From Botryllus schlosseri (Eukaryota), in the NCBI GenBank assembly GCA_051294905.1, contig CM119371.1, forward strand, positions 40,736,001 through 40,800,000: a stretch of DNA of 64,000 bases, read 5' to 3'. How positions within the stretch are numbered: the stretch's first letter is position 1; every line of letters starts with the position of its first letter. The notes beneath the pieces were generated by a model. That model was not told the origin of the DNA. It saw only the letters and a program-made list of their open reading frames with translations, and ran no database searches. Of this stretch, positions 60,810 to 64,000 are shown piece by piece. The translations under genes and the position numbers were made by a program.

Positions 60810-62820
60810 ACTTGCCAATGTTTTTCTGATTGACTGAGTATGGCAAAATGTTAAAATGTCGAGACCTAATACTTTATCCGTACACCCAATTATAACAAAA
60901 CATACCCCGCATTCAAATAATACGTAAGCTACAACTGGATTTAAAACTCGATGCTATTTTGTGGTTAACTCTAGTCAGTGGTCATGTTTGTGTAGATTTC
61001 AGGAATGATCATGACGAGTTGGCCGGGTAAATTAGTGGTAGTAACTATGACCGTACAGAGTTGCTGACATTCCAACATCTTTTACGCTGTAATATACGGA
61101 TTCACTCGTGATCATTTAATTCTCAGTTATTGTTCAGACATTCAAATCTCGTTTACTCAAAATGTAATAGGTTATGTCAAGTCGTATATGTACCGATTAG
61201 TAAATACTTTGTCTTGCAGTGTAGTAACGACCTTTACAGTTGAATAAAAATTATCGGTCATATGAATACAACCAGGATGAATTAATTCAAGTTTGCGAGT
61301 TGTAGTGGTATAATCAAGTCAGTGAAAACTATATTTTTAACACCGGTTGATATTATGAATAATTCTTTTGAGTATGGTAAGATGTTAAAATGTCTCTTTG
61401 ACAAACAGAAAGCCAGATCGTGAATAGAGTTGTAAGGTTTCATTACTTGTTTCAAATCAATATGCGTATAATTTCTAAATATGACCGGGTTGAAATTTGG
61501 TAGTCTTGTTAGTCAATCCTATTTCAATTCACACTACGCCAAAGTCAAAATAATCGGTTTCGGATTATCTCAATTTACCTATAGAACCCGAATGGATTTC
61601 GACCCGTGCTATAACTAGATCGCTATGTCTGATGCATTATCCTGTCAGCGACGTAGGGTTTTACAATTATTTCACACCTTTTCGAATAAGCGTCAACTTC
61701 GCAAAGGATTAGGGTGGGATCAGAAATAAGTGAGAATTTGTCGGTATTCGAATCATCGTCTGCAACGGTTCTGTTATTCGTTACTTATTAAATTTTACCA
61801 GTGAAATCCAGTTCCTGTGACATACCGATTATCAAAATATTACATTGTGGCGATTGGAATGTATGTAACAACAAGTTGTGAGGGATGGCTATGTCTTAGG
61901 TGTTATCTCGTGAGTGATCGTGGAATTTGCAACCTATTTCACACCTTTTTGAAGTGTTAGTTTGTGAACGCGGTTATTGTTGGTATTGCCGTCTACGCGG
62001 GCTCTGTGGTAAACTAATTACCAAAATATTACATTGTCAACGATCGGCATGTATGTAACAGCGAGTCGCGAGCGATGGTTATGTCTTAGGTATTATCTTG
62101 TGAGCGATCGCGGGATTTTACCAATATTTCACACCTTTTTGGAGTGTTAGTCTGTGAACGCGGTTATTGTTGGTATTCGAATCGCCGTCTACGCCGGTTT
62201 TGTGGTAAACTAATTACCAAAACATTACCATGCGGTCGATTCCTAGATTTAGCAAACTATTTCACACCCTTTTTTGGTGAAAGTACGACATGCCGCCCGC
62301 AGTCTATAAACGAAAGTACGAATCATCGCCGCATCCATAAGAATAACGATATATTAAAGTCGCACTCGCCGTAAACGTTAGGATTAACTCGAATCGGTCA
62401 TATATAATAATTTGGGATATACAGATTAACTAAGAGTCAATCACGTGACTATTTACTTGATACATATTCAACACCGTGCCGCCGCCGCCTATACCCACAA
62501 CGTTAGTCAAATCATCTCTACCTGAAAGGTCACCATGTCACCGCGCCTATACCCGAAAAGGTAACCATGCCGCCACGAGTTTTCACGGCACCGTGCCGCC
62601 ACAGCCTATACCCGAAAAGGTAACCATGCCACCACGAGTTTTCACGGCACCGTGCCGCCGCAGCCTATACCCGAAAAGGTAACCATGCCACCACAGCCAT
62701 AAGACACAATGGCACCGTGCCACCGCACCCATAAGAGATAAGGGTCACCGTGCCACCACGAGTTTCTCGGCACCGTGCCACCGCACCCATAAGAGCCCCA
62801 GGCACCCCCAGACCGATTTA
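60810..62820. repeat. Right TIR (2011 bp)
   Basis: Begins ACTTGCCAATGTTTT and ends GGCACCCCCAGACCGATTTA. Confidence 0.95.
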
Positions 62821-63657
62821 TATAACTACTAATGTGTTCCGATATCAATATTTAAAATGCATTTCTTCACCTGAATACTGCGTTAAGACGAACGGTATTG
62901 GTAATAGTCGAAGGAAGTCTGATAACTGATAATGACGAAACGTGAGTTATCTACGAAGGGGCTGTGTTCAACAATGCCCAAATTGCCCATGTTTTACACA
63001 CATTAGTGTTATAATAGATTTTTCGGTGATTCATTTTATAGTGTGACAAATTTCCAAAAAATTGGATTTAATTGAACTCATTTTGTTGCAAGCCCATTTT
63101 ATTCTATGTTTCATACAGTCGTGAAGCAATGACATAGTGGCGACCCTGGTCTCCAGTATGGTGTTATGATAGCGAGAGACGCTATCGATTTCTAGTTGTG
63201 CATATTCTCCTTATTTAATAGGTCGAAGCGGGACCTACGATATCGTAGGCCCCGGTCGAAGAATTAATTATTGGTATTGACGTGAATTTGGATGAGTTGA
63301 AACTTTACATTGTGAAATTTGTAAATGCAAATCGAAGTTTTTTTCTTCTAATTTTGTGATGGCACGAGCTCAATACCGCTAACCTATACAGCGCCCGTTC
63401 AAGCGGATGCAACGTAGTTGTCTAATGAATGGGACATCGACCTTCATTCCGTCATACTGAGTAGAGTGCAAACATATGCTGTGTTTCCAGAGTGCACAGT
63501 TACGTTTGGTGTTTGCAAGATCGCGAGTGAAACGTGTTCAACCGCAAAGCAATTAATTTCGGATTTGTTAGTCGTGTAAGCATTTGATTAATGCCATTTC
63601 GTGACAGGTGCCAACTTTACGGACGAATAGGTTTAAATTATTTTTGATTCTAACAGT

Positions 63658-63731
63658 TCATCATTGGTTTATTAGCAATTTTTATCAGTTCAATACACCA
63701 CAAAAATGCGATACAATGAAAAGACAGGAAG
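63658..63731 (-). mobile_element. 74-bp extreme 3' fragment of the LINE family at 2192-4012
   Basis: Nearly identical to 2202-2275 (TCATCATTGGTTTATTAGCAA...GAAAAGACAGGAAG). Confidence 0.9.
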
Positions 63732-64000
63732 TTTATATCTCAATTTTCATGACAAAAAGTGCGTGAGAGAAAACCAGAATTTTACTATGAACGTCCCTTC
63801 GTAAATTATTTCTGTGGTTCGGAGTCATTTCAGGATTGGGTATGGAAGGCAAGCAGACACACTGACGAAATATGCGGATTACATAAGTAGTCACCACGCT
63901 GATCGGTTATTTGGTAGCATTTTACACCCAGATCTTAAACCATAGATTTAGCGCGAACGTTCGCCTTTTGTATGCCAACCGCCATGATGTTCGGAAAACA

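Larger units (their letters stand above)
54230..62820. mobile_element. 8.6-kb foldback-type DNA element with 2011-bp TIRs, unclassified
   Basis: 54230-56240 is the reverse complement of 60810-62820; mirror ORFs 54676-54906(-) and 62144-62374(+) are identical. TATA lies on both flanks (54226-54229, 62821-62824). Termini TAGATCGG...CCGATTTA. Confidence 0.9.

Noticed and set aside
54230..62820. Polinton/Maverick
   Set aside because: No 6-bp TSD, and no pPolB, integrase, ATPase or capsid ORF is visible.

Overview
AT-rich, repeat-dense animal genomic DNA; an invertebrate such as an ascidian is my guess and is not demonstrable from the sequence. One large multi-exon NLR-type immune gene can be assembled by eye on the minus strand from about 53625 down to 9705. 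It has a weakly supported death-domain-like N-terminus, two homologous symmetric phase-1 exons that each carry a RHIM-like motif, a 1395-bp NACHT exon, and several LRR-like or divergent C-terminal exons (about 1048 aa if all 13 candidate exons are joined). Its introns and flanks hold many mobile elements: a near full-length CR1/L2-group LINE (ORF1 plus PHD-EN-RT ORF2), two 5'-truncated LINEs, a Penelope-like GIY-YIG remnant with a hammerhead ribozyme motif, tRNA-derived SINEs, a decayed hAT transposase, and many often nested non-autonomous DNA elements with 8-bp target-site duplications (TSDs). Just upstream of the gene lies an 8.6-kb element (54230-62820) bounded by nearly identical 2011-bp terminal inverted repeats (TIRs) and a TATA duplication, with no recognisable transposase. 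Exon boundaries and identities were read by eye; no database searches were run.
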